NCBI GenBank assembly: GCA_025966525.1
Contig: JAPDIG010000001.1
Span: 13,435-77,434 of the forward strand
Reading direction: 5' to 3'
Source of the DNA: Candidatus Methanophagales archaeon
GTDB taxonomy: Archaea; Halobacteriota; Syntropharchaeia; Alkanophagales; Methanospirareceae
DNA: 64,000 nt
Shown: positions 1 through 9,661 of the stretch, one piece after another
Numbering within the stretch: position 1 is the first letter of the stretch
Layout: each line of letters starts with the position of its first letter
Position numbers and translations under genes: made by a program
Notes under the pieces: model-generated
Told to the model about the DNA's origin: nothing
What the model saw: the letters and a program-made list of their open reading frames with translations, nothing else
Database searches by the model: none

Positions 1-724
1 CTCACACGTATGTATTGCGCACCAGTCCAGAACACATCGTTATACGAAGTCTCGGCGCTCGCTGAAGAATAATACGTGAACCAGTGCGAGTTATCAAACG
101 AATACTCGACCGTGAACGTCGTGGCAGTGTCCGCTTCGCACACGACCTCCACGAGTTTGAACCCGCCAATGTCGAGGCTTATTGATTGTGCACTCGTCTC
201 GTCCGCGCCGTATAACTCCGACTTCTTCGGTAGAACGGACTGTACATCCACAGGAACCTGAATCTCCGAATCCGATATTGTTACTAATTTGTCTGTCTTG
301 TTACTTATCGGCATTTTTATGTATCACCTCCTCTACACCTTCCCGTCCGTGCGATACACATAAGGTATATCTCGCGAAGCGCCCTCCGCAACGGTTGATT
401 TCAATGTCACCTTATAATCCTTATTCTTCTGTTTGAAATATATAGTTATCGCCTTCGTGCCACTATCGAAATCGTCTGGGTAAGTTTTACATGATATTTG
501 CCGGTATGTGTCAGCAATCTTCTCATACTCGCGTATTTCTGTTGGTTGTGTCAGTGCATTCACATCGAGCGAAATGAAAATGTCCTGCGTATCGGCAGTG
601 AACTCAAGCACATCATGCTCGTTCGTATCGTTCGGATGCGTGTATGTGCCACTGCTCACGCTCGCAGTCAGTAGCGGCAGAATCTTATACACGTCCCGTC
701 TCAAGCTCTCACTCCCTACTGTCA

Positions 725-2869
725 TCAATGTGCCCTCCTCACGCCGAATGTGAAAGGAACATACGTTCGTGTAGCTATATTATTGTCAACATAGAAATAA
801 ACCACGAGCATTGTCGGCTGTATCACCTTCTCGGTATCAAACACTACGGTCTCGCCCAAGTCCGTATCAACCGGTGGTGAAGAAACGAGCGTATCACTCG
901 CCTTGTCACGTAACACCACCGGGGGCACAAGCTTCATGTCTGATGATACGCCGTCATAGTAGCGAACAAAGAGGTAAACCTTATCGGTCGCACCCATATT
1001 GTCCCACAAGCCGCTTAGCACTGAAGGCTTGATGGTAACGAAAATCTTGGAGACCTCGAACAAATCGCCATCGAAGCTCGTTATCAGGCTCTGCGCAGTC
1101 GTCAAATCCGGGTCCGCACCGCCCTGGTCTGTTGTCCACACATACTTATACACATATATCGTGCCACCAGAACAATAGATTTTCAGGATAGGATATTCCT
1201 TATTCGCCTTTATCGGGTTCACGGTCGTATCGTTATAATCACTGGCATCCTCTATTTCGTGCCATTCGATATGGTCGTGTATGAACAATAAATGCCCGCG
1301 CACGGAACCATCTTCACGTGGCGTATCATCCGCGGCATCATAGCCCGCACCTACCCGGTTACCTTCCAGAAGGAGATGCCCGCGCACGGAACTGGTCGTC
1401 TCCACGGCATCATCAAGCCCGTCATAACCTATCCCCACCTTTGACGATACCAGCGATTCGAGCACGATGAAATCGAACAGATAAGTTGAGCCCGCGGTGA
1501 GGTTACCGAACTCGATCTTGACAATATCGGTGAGGTCAGGTGGTGTTGGGAAAGAGCTACCGTCGGGCGTGGATGCTGGATTTATATTTATGTCCTCCCA
1601 CGTATCAGCCGCTGTGATTGTGCAGTCCCAGTATGAGTAATTACCATCGCTATCGTACAGGTATAGCCTGCACGTATCGCCACCCGCTTTATTACTGCGC
1701 ACATAGAAGTTTATATTTGCGATAACAGTGAAGTCACGCGATTTGATATTGCGATACACACTCCCGGTGCCCCCGGCGCCTATGGCAACCTCCATACTGT
1801 GTTCGCCGAACACAGACGTTGTGGATAGTGTAGGCGCGCCCGCTTCACCGTCATTATGCCATTCCGCCTGTAGTGCCGCATCGTTGATATACGCGAACGA
1901 GTCAAGGATCATTATATCGCCCGTGTAGCCGGCAGTGGCGACGCCGCCCTTACCGCCATGTAGCGCCTTCCAGCCATTTATCTTGGCGACCGGGAAATAA
2001 TCATAATCCGTGCCCGCAGGATTGCCCACATCGTATGGTGAATCGCCATAGCCGTCGTTATCAATATCAAGAGGTCCGTCATCGTAATAGTTCTCACGCC
2101 AGTAATTGTTTGTGGAATCTTCCAGAGCATTATCGGTGTGATTTAGCAGGTTATTGTGGTAATAAAGGTTCTTGGTATTGTTTGAGGAATCAATCCCCGT
2201 GCCGGCGCCGCCACCGTCGCAGTAGTTGTCGTGTATCAAGCACCGGCTGGTAGAATCCACATAGATATTGACGCCACCCGCACCGTTCAAAATCAAGTCA
2301 TTGTCGTGTATGTGATGCTTTATACCGCCCGCGATATTCATCTGGTTCAAGAACCCCGTCACTTTGCAGTTCCTTATCGTTTGCTCGTCGTATCCACTCC
2401 CCATCAAGAAGCCCCAGCCGTCATTACCGTCATTATGCAACCACACATTCTCGATTGTGTTCTTGAAGCTTGCGAGCCTGACAGCGGAAGTGGCACCGGT
2501 GCCGGTAGGGAACACTATCTTGAGGTTATGTAATTCGCACTGGTCATGGGTGATGTTCACCACATGCGTGGCGGACGAGGGTGCTATTATCACAGACGAC
2601 CGGGACTCGCCGATAATCTTCAGGTGCTCCTTGTTGAGTGTGATAGATTCCTCGTAAGTGCCAGCCTTCACATATATCTTCGCCCAGCTCTCCGCTTTGT
2701 TTATCGCTGCCTGTATAGTCTTGAGTGCGGACTCCCACCGCAGCCCGTTGTTCGCGTCGTTACCGTTCGCGCCGTCCACATAATAAGTAGTCCAGCCCTC
2801 TTTCGCTACGTTCTGCCGTGATATTACACTGTCTATCTCAAGCTCACTATGCTCGGGCGTACCGACCAC
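725..2869 (-). CDS. Right-handed parallel beta-helix (pectin-lyase-fold) repeat protein, probable surface or tail-spike-like protein
   Basis: 714-aa ORF with many tandem PbH1-type repeats rich in Gly/Asn/Asp, e.g. NIYVDSTSRCLIHDNYCDGGGAGTGIDSSNNTKNLYYHNNLLNHTDNA. Fold family inferred from the repeat pattern only. Confidence 0.55.
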   Translation of the reverse strand: MVGTPEHSELEIDSVISRQNVAKEGWTTYYVDGANGNDANNGLRWESALKTIQAAINKAESWAKIYVKAGTYEESITLNKEHLKIIGESRSSVIIAPSSATHVVNITHDQCELHNLKIVFPTGTGATSAVRLASFKNTIENVWLHNDGNDGWGFLMGSGYDEQTIRNCKVTGFLNQMNIAGGIKHHIHDNDLILNGAGGVNIYVDSTSRCLIHDNYCDGGGAGTGIDSSNNTKNLYYHNNLLNHTDNALEDSTNNYWRENYYDDGPLDIDNDGYGDSPYDVGNPAGTDYDYFPVAKINGWKALHGGKGGVATAGYTGDIMILDSFAYINDAALQAEWHNDGEAGAPTLSTTSVFGEHSMEVAIGAGGTGSVYRNIKSRDFTVIANINFYVRSNKAGGDTCRLYLYDSDGNYSYWDCTITAADTWEDININPASTPDGSSFPTPPDLTDIVKIEFGNLTAGSTYLFDFIVLESLVSSKVGIGYDGLDDAVETTSSVRGHLLLEGNRVGAGYDAADDTPREDGSVRGHLLFIHDHIEWHEIEDASDYNDTTVNPIKANKEYPILKIYCSGGTIYVYKYVWTTDQGGADPDLTTAQSLITSFDGDLFEVSKIFVTIKPSVLSGLWDNMGATDKVYLFVRYYDGVSSDMKLVPPVVLRDKASDTLVSSPPVDTDLGETVVFDTEKVIQPTMLVVYFYVDNNIATRTYVPFTFGVRRAH

Positions 2870-2878
2870 CTCCTTTTT

Positions 2879-3670
2879 TTACTCTCCTTTTAATTGTCTC
2901 TCTACCAGCATCTCAAACTTCTCCTTTTTCCTTTTTAAGTATATGTTTTTGCAATATCCACTATATATATACCTACATAGTGAAATCGAATCTCTCGTCC
3001 CAAACTTTAATAGCCATGTGTTTTTGTGTTTATGAATGCTTCCACCTTTAATTACTCCTTCATCACGTAATGTCTGTAATATATAATCAAGTATTTCATA
3101 ATCGTTCTGTCCAATACTTGCGTGAATCGAACCTCCTCGCGAATTATGATTTTCCTTATGCCAGTAAACGCTGCCTTCTGCTTCAAAAAAGCCTCTGAGC
3201 CAGTATTTGAAATATTGCCGTGGTACATCGCGATAATGTAGTCTTTTCAAATCTTTAACAAGTGTAATGGAATTAAACTGAATTCTTGACATTTCATGCC
3301 CATGAGACAAAAAATCATATACAGGATGTTCGGAATCTAATACATCTCTAAACTTAAACAATACTTCCTTATCAATTGCTGATAACCGAAAATGTAAATA
3401 ATCTTTACGTGTGAAATTACCATCTCCAATTGCCCATCCATACAACCAAGCACTCTCTGGTGTCCATGATTTAAAAAAGTCGTGATTGATGGAATATTGC
3501 CTTTTTACTTCACTGCTTAACCGAGGCTTGATATTATATTCTTTCATACGCTCCTGTATAGTTCTATGTGAAACTCCATAATAACTTGCTATCTCTCTCT
3601 CTGTCATCCCTTCTACATCATACATCCTACGCAAGTCATCTTCATCTATTCCTTCTATTCTTCTTCCCAT
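2879..3670 (-). CDS. LAGLIDADG-type homing-endonuclease-like protein with N-terminal HTH
   Basis: Two dodecapeptide-like motifs, LYGWAIGDGNF and LRGFFEAEGSV. The N-terminus, REIASYYGVSHRTIQERMKEY, is HTH-like. Confidence 0.5.
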   Translation of the reverse strand: MGRRIEGIDEDDLRRMYDVEGMTEREIASYYGVSHRTIQERMKEYNIKPRLSSEVKRQYSINHDFFKSWTPESAWLYGWAIGDGNFTRKDYLHFRLSAIDKEVLFKFRDVLDSEHPVYDFLSHGHEMSRIQFNSITLVKDLKRLHYRDVPRQYFKYWLRGFFEAEGSVYWHKENHNSRGGSIHASIGQNDYEILDYILQTLRDEGVIKGGSIHKHKNTWLLKFGTRDSISLCRYIYSGYCKNIYLKRKKEKFEMLVERQLKGE

Positions 3671-3683
3671 TTTTCTTATTTTT

Positions 3684-4166
3684 TCATAATCTTGGCGAAT
3701 ACGTAATATCTAACTGGACCTGCCCCGCTTCTCCCGCTGACTTACCACTACCCGAAGAGACCATCAAACCTAAATGTAATGTGTAGTATCCCTCTGCTGT
3801 AGGCGGGTCATCATCTTCGTACAGGATACACAGGTTCGAGGACTGAAGATACCACTGACCCGTACCCGCTATGCGTTTGCCTGAAGTCGCCACGTCAAGA
3901 TTGATGAAATCCCTGAACGAGTCCTCGTCGAGGTCAGAACTGGCATGCGTGGCACTCTTCCAGAGCCAGAGCGTATACAGCATTGGCTCTTTCGCCTGTA
4001 TATTCACGCCTCTTATCGTGATCTTATTGGTGACCAGCCCGGGTATATCTTCATACTCTATCTCGTTTAGTCCTATTGCTTCTGTGAAGTGGACATCCTT
4101 GTCCGTTGATATTGTCATTATCCGTTCTGCTCTATCTACACTCACTATTCCCGGGCTATAATCCAT
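3684..4166 (-). CDS. hypothetical protein
   Basis: 160-aa ORF in a co-oriented, tightly spaced run with 4168..4566 and 4570..5472. No recognisable motif. Confidence 0.4.
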   Translation of the reverse strand: MDYSPGIVSVDRAERIMTISTDKDVHFTEAIGLNEIEYEDIPGLVTNKITIRGVNIQAKEPMLYTLWLWKSATHASSDLDEDSFRDFINLDVATSGKRIAGTGQWYLQSSNLCILYEDDDPPTAEGYYTLHLGLMVSSGSGKSAGEAGQVQLDITYSPRL

Positions 4167-4167
4167 T

Positions 4168-4566
4168 TCACTCCACCTCTCCTTCCTCTTCTATTATTAT
4201 GCCCATCTCTACCAATTCCCAATCCTCAGGAATGCCTGGCACAGCAGTAACTTTGTAATGTATAGGACCATCTTCGGCTGTTATTCGCACAAGCTCGACA
4301 AACACATAATCTTCATATTTGAAGTTCACATATGCACCTTGAGCAAGCGGTATCCTTGCAGACCAGTCAACGCCATTGAAGATTTCTGCAACTAATGTGC
4401 CTGTAAACGCAGCACCCGCCTTATTCTCAATCATACATCCTCGTGCACGCTTACCAAGCCCTTGTGTATCGTCATTCATAATGTCTAATGTAATAACCTT
4501 CCCGGTATCCAGGTCGCCCTCCTTATAAAAGGGCAGGCTGCGTATAGGTAAGCGCTCCGCAAGCAT
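4168..4566 (-). CDS. hypothetical protein
   Basis: 132-aa ORF lying 2 bp from each neighbour, in an operon-like arrangement. Confidence 0.4.
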   Translation of the reverse strand: MLAERLPIRSLPFYKEGDLDTGKVITLDIMNDDTQGLGKRARGCMIENKAGAAFTGTLVAEIFNGVDWSARIPLAQGAYVNFKYEDYVFVELVRITAEDGPIHYKVTAVPGIPEDWELVEMGIIIEEEGEVE

Positions 4567-4569
4567 TTC

Positions 4570-5472
4570 TCACTCGGGTCCCAATCCGCTTCTCACACGC
4601 TTCCACAAGTCCTCATCCTCTTCGCGCGCTATCATACCGAACAGCATCTCTATATACTTAGTCACACGGAACTCGCTGTATGTGAACCGGACATTATAGC
4701 CCGAAATAGCCTTGTTCGTTGTCAGCGATAACTTTATCACATCTTTCGCAACTATCCACAATGGTATGTCATAAGTCGCGCCCGATGCCGCCCACGCGCG
4801 CATGCTGTGGAAACTGCTCTCGTCAATGTTGATGTTCAGTGCAGTAGTATATGTCCCATCACTTGGCTTCTCCAGCGCTACCGATTCGAGCACCAGCATC
4901 TTGCCTACGGGCGAGTACACACTGCCCACATCCGCTCCCGCTGTCGGTAAATCGCCACGCCAGCTCACAGTCGCTGTTCGCGTCTTCTTAAATACGCGCT
5001 TGAGCATCGTGTCCATCGGCAGTGGCAGCGAGCCCTCATCCACGAGTCGCACCAAATCAAATTCCTCAGCAATCGCTTTCTCCTCCTCTGTCAATGGCAT
5101 CCCGTGCAGTATCTTGTCCGCTACGGTCGGGTTGAACAGCCAATACCCGTAACGATACGGATAGTTCGAGATAGTGGCTGCTGAACTGTTGTATAAGTTC
5201 AAATAGAACAATGTTCGGCAATGTAAGTCGAACTGCGCAGTATGATCGAGCGACATGGCGTTGGATTCTTCAATACTTCTTTCGTCATTCCTGATCCTTA
5301 CTCTTACATTCGCATTGGGATACACCGCTATCTCCTGCACACGCAACATCTTTCCCCGCAGCTCGCGGTCGCGTATCTCACTAACAACATTACCTCCAGA
5401 ACTCAAACTTTCTACTTCTGCCTCGGTGATAAAACACGGCAGATACCGCGCGTTGTCCAATACGAAGCTCAT
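4570..5472 (-). CDS. hypothetical protein, possibly structural
   Basis: 300-aa ORF at the head of the three-gene minus-strand run. No recognisable catalytic motif. Confidence 0.4.
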   Translation of the reverse strand: MSFVLDNARYLPCFITEAEVESLSSGGNVVSEIRDRELRGKMLRVQEIAVYPNANVRVRIRNDERSIEESNAMSLDHTAQFDLHCRTLFYLNLYNSSAATISNYPYRYGYWLFNPTVADKILHGMPLTEEEKAIAEEFDLVRLVDEGSLPLPMDTMLKRVFKKTRTATVSWRGDLPTAGADVGSVYSPVGKMLVLESVALEKPSDGTYTTALNINIDESSFHSMRAWAASGATYDIPLWIVAKDVIKLSLTTNKAISGYNVRFTYSEFRVTKYIEMLFGMIAREEDEDLWKRVRSGLGPE

Positions 5473-5651
5473 TTATTTTTCACCTCCTTTATGCCCACGC
5501 CCGTGTCCCTGCCCGCCGCGATCGCCTCTGTGCTGCGCGCCTACGATACCGGTTGTGATACAACTGCTATTCCTTAGCCTCTGCCTTCCCCCTCTCCCTT
5601 GGCTACTTTCGCTCATGATTGATAGTTCAAAACATAATCATATAAATTTTT

Positions 5652-5954
5652 TCATGTTATTGTCTTCAGCAAAACCACGACCCACCCAATCATCCCAATA
5701 ATAAAGGTTATCATCAATCCAACCATCCATTTTAAGTCTCTGTTGCGTGCACGTGCACTCTCGTTCATACACTTTTCCACTTGTACACACAACCGCTCTA
5801 TCTCGCTTTTCAGGTCATTGAAGATATATTTAGATAGGTTCTCGTTCTTCTCGCGCAATACTGCAACTTCGCTCTTCAGTTCGCTTATCGCATTTATAAT
5901 CTCTTTTATCTCGCTCCCGTTCACAGTGGCATCACAAAATAATAAAAAGGACAC
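5652..5954 (-). CDS. hypothetical coiled-coil protein with C-terminal transmembrane segment
   Basis: Heptad-like, charged N-terminal region followed by the hydrophobic stretch MVGLMITFIIGMIGWVVVLL. Confidence 0.3.
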   Translation of the reverse strand: MSFLLFCDATVNGSEIKEIINAISELKSEVAVLREKNENLSKYIFNDLKSEIERLCVQVEKCMNESARARNRDLKWMVGLMITFIIGMIGWVVVLLKTIT

Positions 5955-6355
5955 AAAAAATAAAAAGGTTTTTATGTAGCATAGTAGTAATTATAAATAC
6001 TATGCAATTGCTTGGGATAAGGGAGTGGATGAGGGAAATGCGCGAGAAGAGGATTGAAGTGGTAGACATCCCGCCGCGAATAAGGAACCACAATTATACA
6101 GAAACAAATAAGAGAAGGCTTGAAGAAAAATGAAAAAACTGCTCGCAACAATAACGGATGAGGCATACGAAGCGCTAAAAGCTTTTAAAGAAGAGAACGG
6201 ATTCGCCAATATTGACACCGCGCTTGATGAACTATTAAAGAGAAGAGGGAGAGAAAAAAATGGAAGAAGATAAAGAAAAAAAGGAAGGAGACGAATTCTT
6301 GTTCTATGCGATAACCTTATTGTATGGATACAAAATCTTTGCAGCCTAAGAAGCC

Positions 6356-7918
6356 ATGACAAAAAAACTTTCTTATGTTCTGATAGGGGACCCGATGGCA
6401 GTAGCGGGCACGCGAACGAAGAAAGAGCCTTTGCTTAGTGGGCTGTGGCTCTGGAGCGTTTCTTTTGACAGGTATGGCAAGCGTGGAGATGTGCGACTGA
6501 TAAGGAGCAAAGAAGACCTTGAAGAATACGACATTGTGCATATAAACCTGACCGCGGGCGATTTAGCGCTGCCGCTGATGATACGTGACGAATTAGGCAA
6601 ATCGTCATCAACGAAACTGATAGTGAATATGGACTTTGACCCTATGCTTTGGGGGCAGGTTTGGGATTATCCTAAGTTTGTGGAGAAAGCGCTACTGGCT
6701 GCGGATATGGTCTTCCAAGTAGATTCGATAGGTGCGAGATACATCGAGCGGATGATAAACCGCAAGGTGTATTGCCTGCCGCATCCGGTGGATGTGGATG
6801 GCTTAGATAAGTACAAAAAAATAGACCGTGAGCCTACCATTGTTACAATGTGGCATCGTTATATTCCCGATTGCACTACGGCATATTATGCACAGCGTGA
6901 TGTTCCCGCATTCAAAATTTTACTCGGCTATCGAGGAAAAGTGCACAACATAGGCATGTTCGATAAAGTCTTTGGTTACATTCCCTTCCTCAATGCGATA
7001 GAGATAATGAGCAGGGCAAAATTTGGGTACGATATGTACATGGGTTATAGTTATGGGCGTACAGTAGTTGAGTTTGCAGCACTCGCAGTGCCTTGCATTT
7101 GCTCAAACACGATAGAAGCTGCACGTAAGCTTTTCCCATCCACTTCGGTGCATCCATTAGACATCAAGAAACAACACGAACTGTTCTGGAAGTTAATAAA
7201 AGACGATGAGGAATACATACGGGTCTTCAAGTTTGCATACGATGCAGCGAAGGAGTATAAACTCAAGAACTCATACGAGAAGATGGTGAGTGCGATAGAA
7301 GAAGTAGAAGAGCGGCAGTCGCGGAGTGGTAGTGTGCATTTTTCAGACGAGTGGAAGCTGATTCAAGAGAGGTATGAGCGCAGGACGAACGAACCGAAAC
7401 CTCAAAACTATCTCCAATTCGCACGGGATTTGGCATGCCAGTTTAAAGAATGGGTAGGTGTGCAAGGCTTGGTATTAGACATCGGGTGCGGTAACGGCAA
7501 GTATGCAGGTGGCACTTACGAGTCTATGGGGCATGAATATCTAAGCAGGGAGAACCGGATTATCGGCTTAGACCCACTGAAGAGCTATGAGACGCGGTTT
7601 CCTGTCGTGCGCGCTTTTGGTGAGTACATACCTTTCCAAGACGATATCTTCGATGCTGTTACAATCGTCTCAACGCTTGACCACATAGAAGAGCCGATAG
7701 AAGTTTTGAAAGAAGCGAAGCGAGTTTTGAAAAAAGGCGGCAGAATATTCATTCAGAACTCTATACGCGAAGAAGGTATAAATCCGTGGCATCTGCATAC
7801 ATGGACAAAAGAGGAGCTAATAGAACTTGTAGATGAAGTATTCACGATAATTGACACGAAAGTGATTGAGAACAAGAAGATGGGAGATAACATCTTTATA
7901 AAGGGGATCAAAAAATGA
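6356..7918 (+). CDS. Fusion of a GT-B-fold (GT4-like) glycosyltransferase and a class I SAM-dependent methyltransferase
   Basis: Central GRTVVEFAALAVPCICSN resembles the GT4 donor-binding motif. The C-terminal VLDIGCGNGKYAGG matches methyltransferase motif I (GxGxG). Confidence 0.6.
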   Translation: MTKKLSYVLIGDPMAVAGTRTKKEPLLSGLWLWSVSFDRYGKRGDVRLIRSKEDLEEYDIVHINLTAGDLALPLMIRDELGKSSSTKLIVNMDFDPMLWGQVWDYPKFVEKALLAADMVFQVDSIGARYIERMINRKVYCLPHPVDVDGLDKYKKIDREPTIVTMWHRYIPDCTTAYYAQRDVPAFKILLGYRGKVHNIGMFDKVFGYIPFLNAIEIMSRAKFGYDMYMGYSYGRTVVEFAALAVPCICSNTIEAARKLFPSTSVHPLDIKKQHELFWKLIKDDEEYIRVFKFAYDAAKEYKLKNSYEKMVSAIEEVEERQSRSGSVHFSDEWKLIQERYERRTNEPKPQNYLQFARDLACQFKEWVGVQGLVLDIGCGNGKYAGGTYESMGHEYLSRENRIIGLDPLKSYETRFPVVRAFGEYIPFQDDIFDAVTIVSTLDHIEEPIEVLKEAKRVLKKGGRIFIQNSIREEGINPWHLHTWTKEELIELVDEVFTIIDTKVIENKKMGDNIFIKGIKK

Positions 7919-8862
7919 TTTTGTGCGTTGCACCGCTTGATAATGGGGGACAGTTGTATCACCTGTGTGAAGCGCTTAACAGATACACTAAGTATGATGC
8001 GCGATGCTTAACATTTACACAGACATATCTACAATACGATACTGATTTGCTACTTAGCGATTTTGACACATTGGCGAAGCAGTATGAGCTACGAGAATTA
8101 GTGTGTAGTGCAGACTTCTTCATTTTCTCTGAATTCTTGCCCACGGATCCAAACATTAAGCATGTATTGAAAGACCTAGGTATTTTAACGCATATAACAC
8201 CAAAGAACACGATAATACGAGTTGCAGGGTCGTATTCGCGCGCTAATGCAGAACACTATCTATTAGAATGGATCAAGCATGACTGGATATATGCGGGACC
8301 TTGTAGCGACTGGACACTTTCAGGTAGTATCGGCAGGATAATACATGTGAATTATATCTGTCCAGTGGAGAAGATACCGGAGCCGAACCCAACAGAAGAT
8401 ACGATACGGGTATGCTTTGCACCAACAAAATCGGCGAAAGGTTTAGACGAATTTAACAGTGTCATGCAGGGATTAGAGAACAAATACGACAATGTGGAGT
8501 CAGTAGTGATAACAAAGAAGCCGTGGAGAGAAGCAATTTCAATAAAATCTACATGCCACATAACTTTTGACCAGTTCATGTTGTCGCACTATGCAAACAA
8601 CAGTATAGAGTCTATGTACCTCAGACATGCCGTATTATCAAAGATATCAAGTTTGTGTTATGCATATTATCCTGATCTGCCAATTCAAGCTGTGAGAAAC
8701 GAAGAAGAGCTACGAAAAGGTTTAGAAACTTTAATAGAGAATCCAGAGCTAATAAAAGAGCTGGGAGAGGCGGGGAGAAAATTCGTTATGAAGTATCATC
8801 ATCCTGAAGTAGTCGCGAAACAATGGAAGAACTTGATAGAGCATGTTCTCAGAAAAGATTAA
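7915..8862 (+). CDS. Glycosyltransferase-like protein (GT-B C-terminal-domain-like)
   Basis: Its start overlaps the stop of the upstream GT/MTase gene (ATGA). C-terminal ELGEAGRKFVMKYH resembles GT-B C-terminal helices. The assignment is weak. Confidence 0.4.
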   Translation: MILCVAPLDNGGQLYHLCEALNRYTKYDARCLTFTQTYLQYDTDLLLSDFDTLAKQYELRELVCSADFFIFSEFLPTDPNIKHVLKDLGILTHITPKNTIIRVAGSYSRANAEHYLLEWIKHDWIYAGPCSDWTLSGSIGRIIHVNYICPVEKIPEPNPTEDTIRVCFAPTKSAKGLDEFNSVMQGLENKYDNVESVVITKKPWREAISIKSTCHITFDQFMLSHYANNSIESMYLRHAVLSKISSLCYAYYPDLPIQAVRNEEELRKGLETLIENPELIKELGEAGRKFVMKYHHPEVVAKQWKNLIEHVLRKD

Positions 8863-9661
8863 AACAATAGGGATAATAGGAAAAGGAACAGTAGGAACAG
8901 CAGTAGGTGAAGGGTTAAAATCGTTCGGTTATGAAATACTCTATCACGATAAATACAAAGAGTCATACCCGCTAAAAACGGTTGTTGAAAGAAGTGATAT
9001 AATCTTTGTCTGTGTCCCTACGCCGTGTAAAGCGAATGGCGAAATTGACTTATCTATAATTGACGAAGTAGTAGAGAACATATCCAAATATGCTGAAAAT
9101 GAGCAGAAAATCATAATCAAATCAACAGTAATACCCACAACAACTGAGCACTATCAAGAGAAATATCCACATCTCGTGTTCTTCATGTGTCCAGAATTTC
9201 TCGATGAGGATACCGCAAAATACGACTTTCTTCATCCGTTTGTGATTATTATCGGCTATACAACAAAGTCAGAAGAATATGTTGAGGACTTGATCCCTGT
9301 TTTCAAAAAATTTCGTGTACCGATTCACACTATGCACGCTACTGAAGCCGAAATGGTTAAATATATGACTAATTCATTCTTCGTGCTTAAAGTTGTCTTC
9401 GCAAATCAGATTTATGACTTGTGCACTATGCTCGGTATTGACTACTACCGCGTGAAGGATAGCTTTGTATCAAATCCGCGAGTTGGTGATAGTCATTTTA
9501 TCGTTGAGCATAAAGGTGGGAGGGGAGCAGGTGGTAAATGTTTACCAAAGGATTTATCTGCATTTATACAGTTTGCGAAGCGTAAAAACTGCCAGCTTAC
9601 ACTACTTGAAACTGCCGAGAAGATCAACTCAAAATTATTAAAACAAACAGGAAAATGTTGA
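8843..9661 (+). CDS. UDP-glucose/GDP-mannose dehydrogenase-family protein (short form)
   Basis: N-terminal Rossmann motif IGIIGKGTVGTAVG and the catalytic-cysteine motif GGKCLPKD (GGxCxPKD). At 272 aa it is shorter than canonical UgdH. Confidence 0.6.
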   Translation: MFSEKIKTIGIIGKGTVGTAVGEGLKSFGYEILYHDKYKESYPLKTVVERSDIIFVCVPTPCKANGEIDLSIIDEVVENISKYAENEQKIIIKSTVIPTTTEHYQEKYPHLVFFMCPEFLDEDTAKYDFLHPFVIIIGYTTKSEEYVEDLIPVFKKFRVPIHTMHATEAEMVKYMTNSFFVLKVVFANQIYDLCTMLGIDYYRVKDSFVSNPRVGDSHFIVEHKGGRGAGGKCLPKDLSAFIQFAKRKNCQLTLLETAEKINSKLLKQTGKC

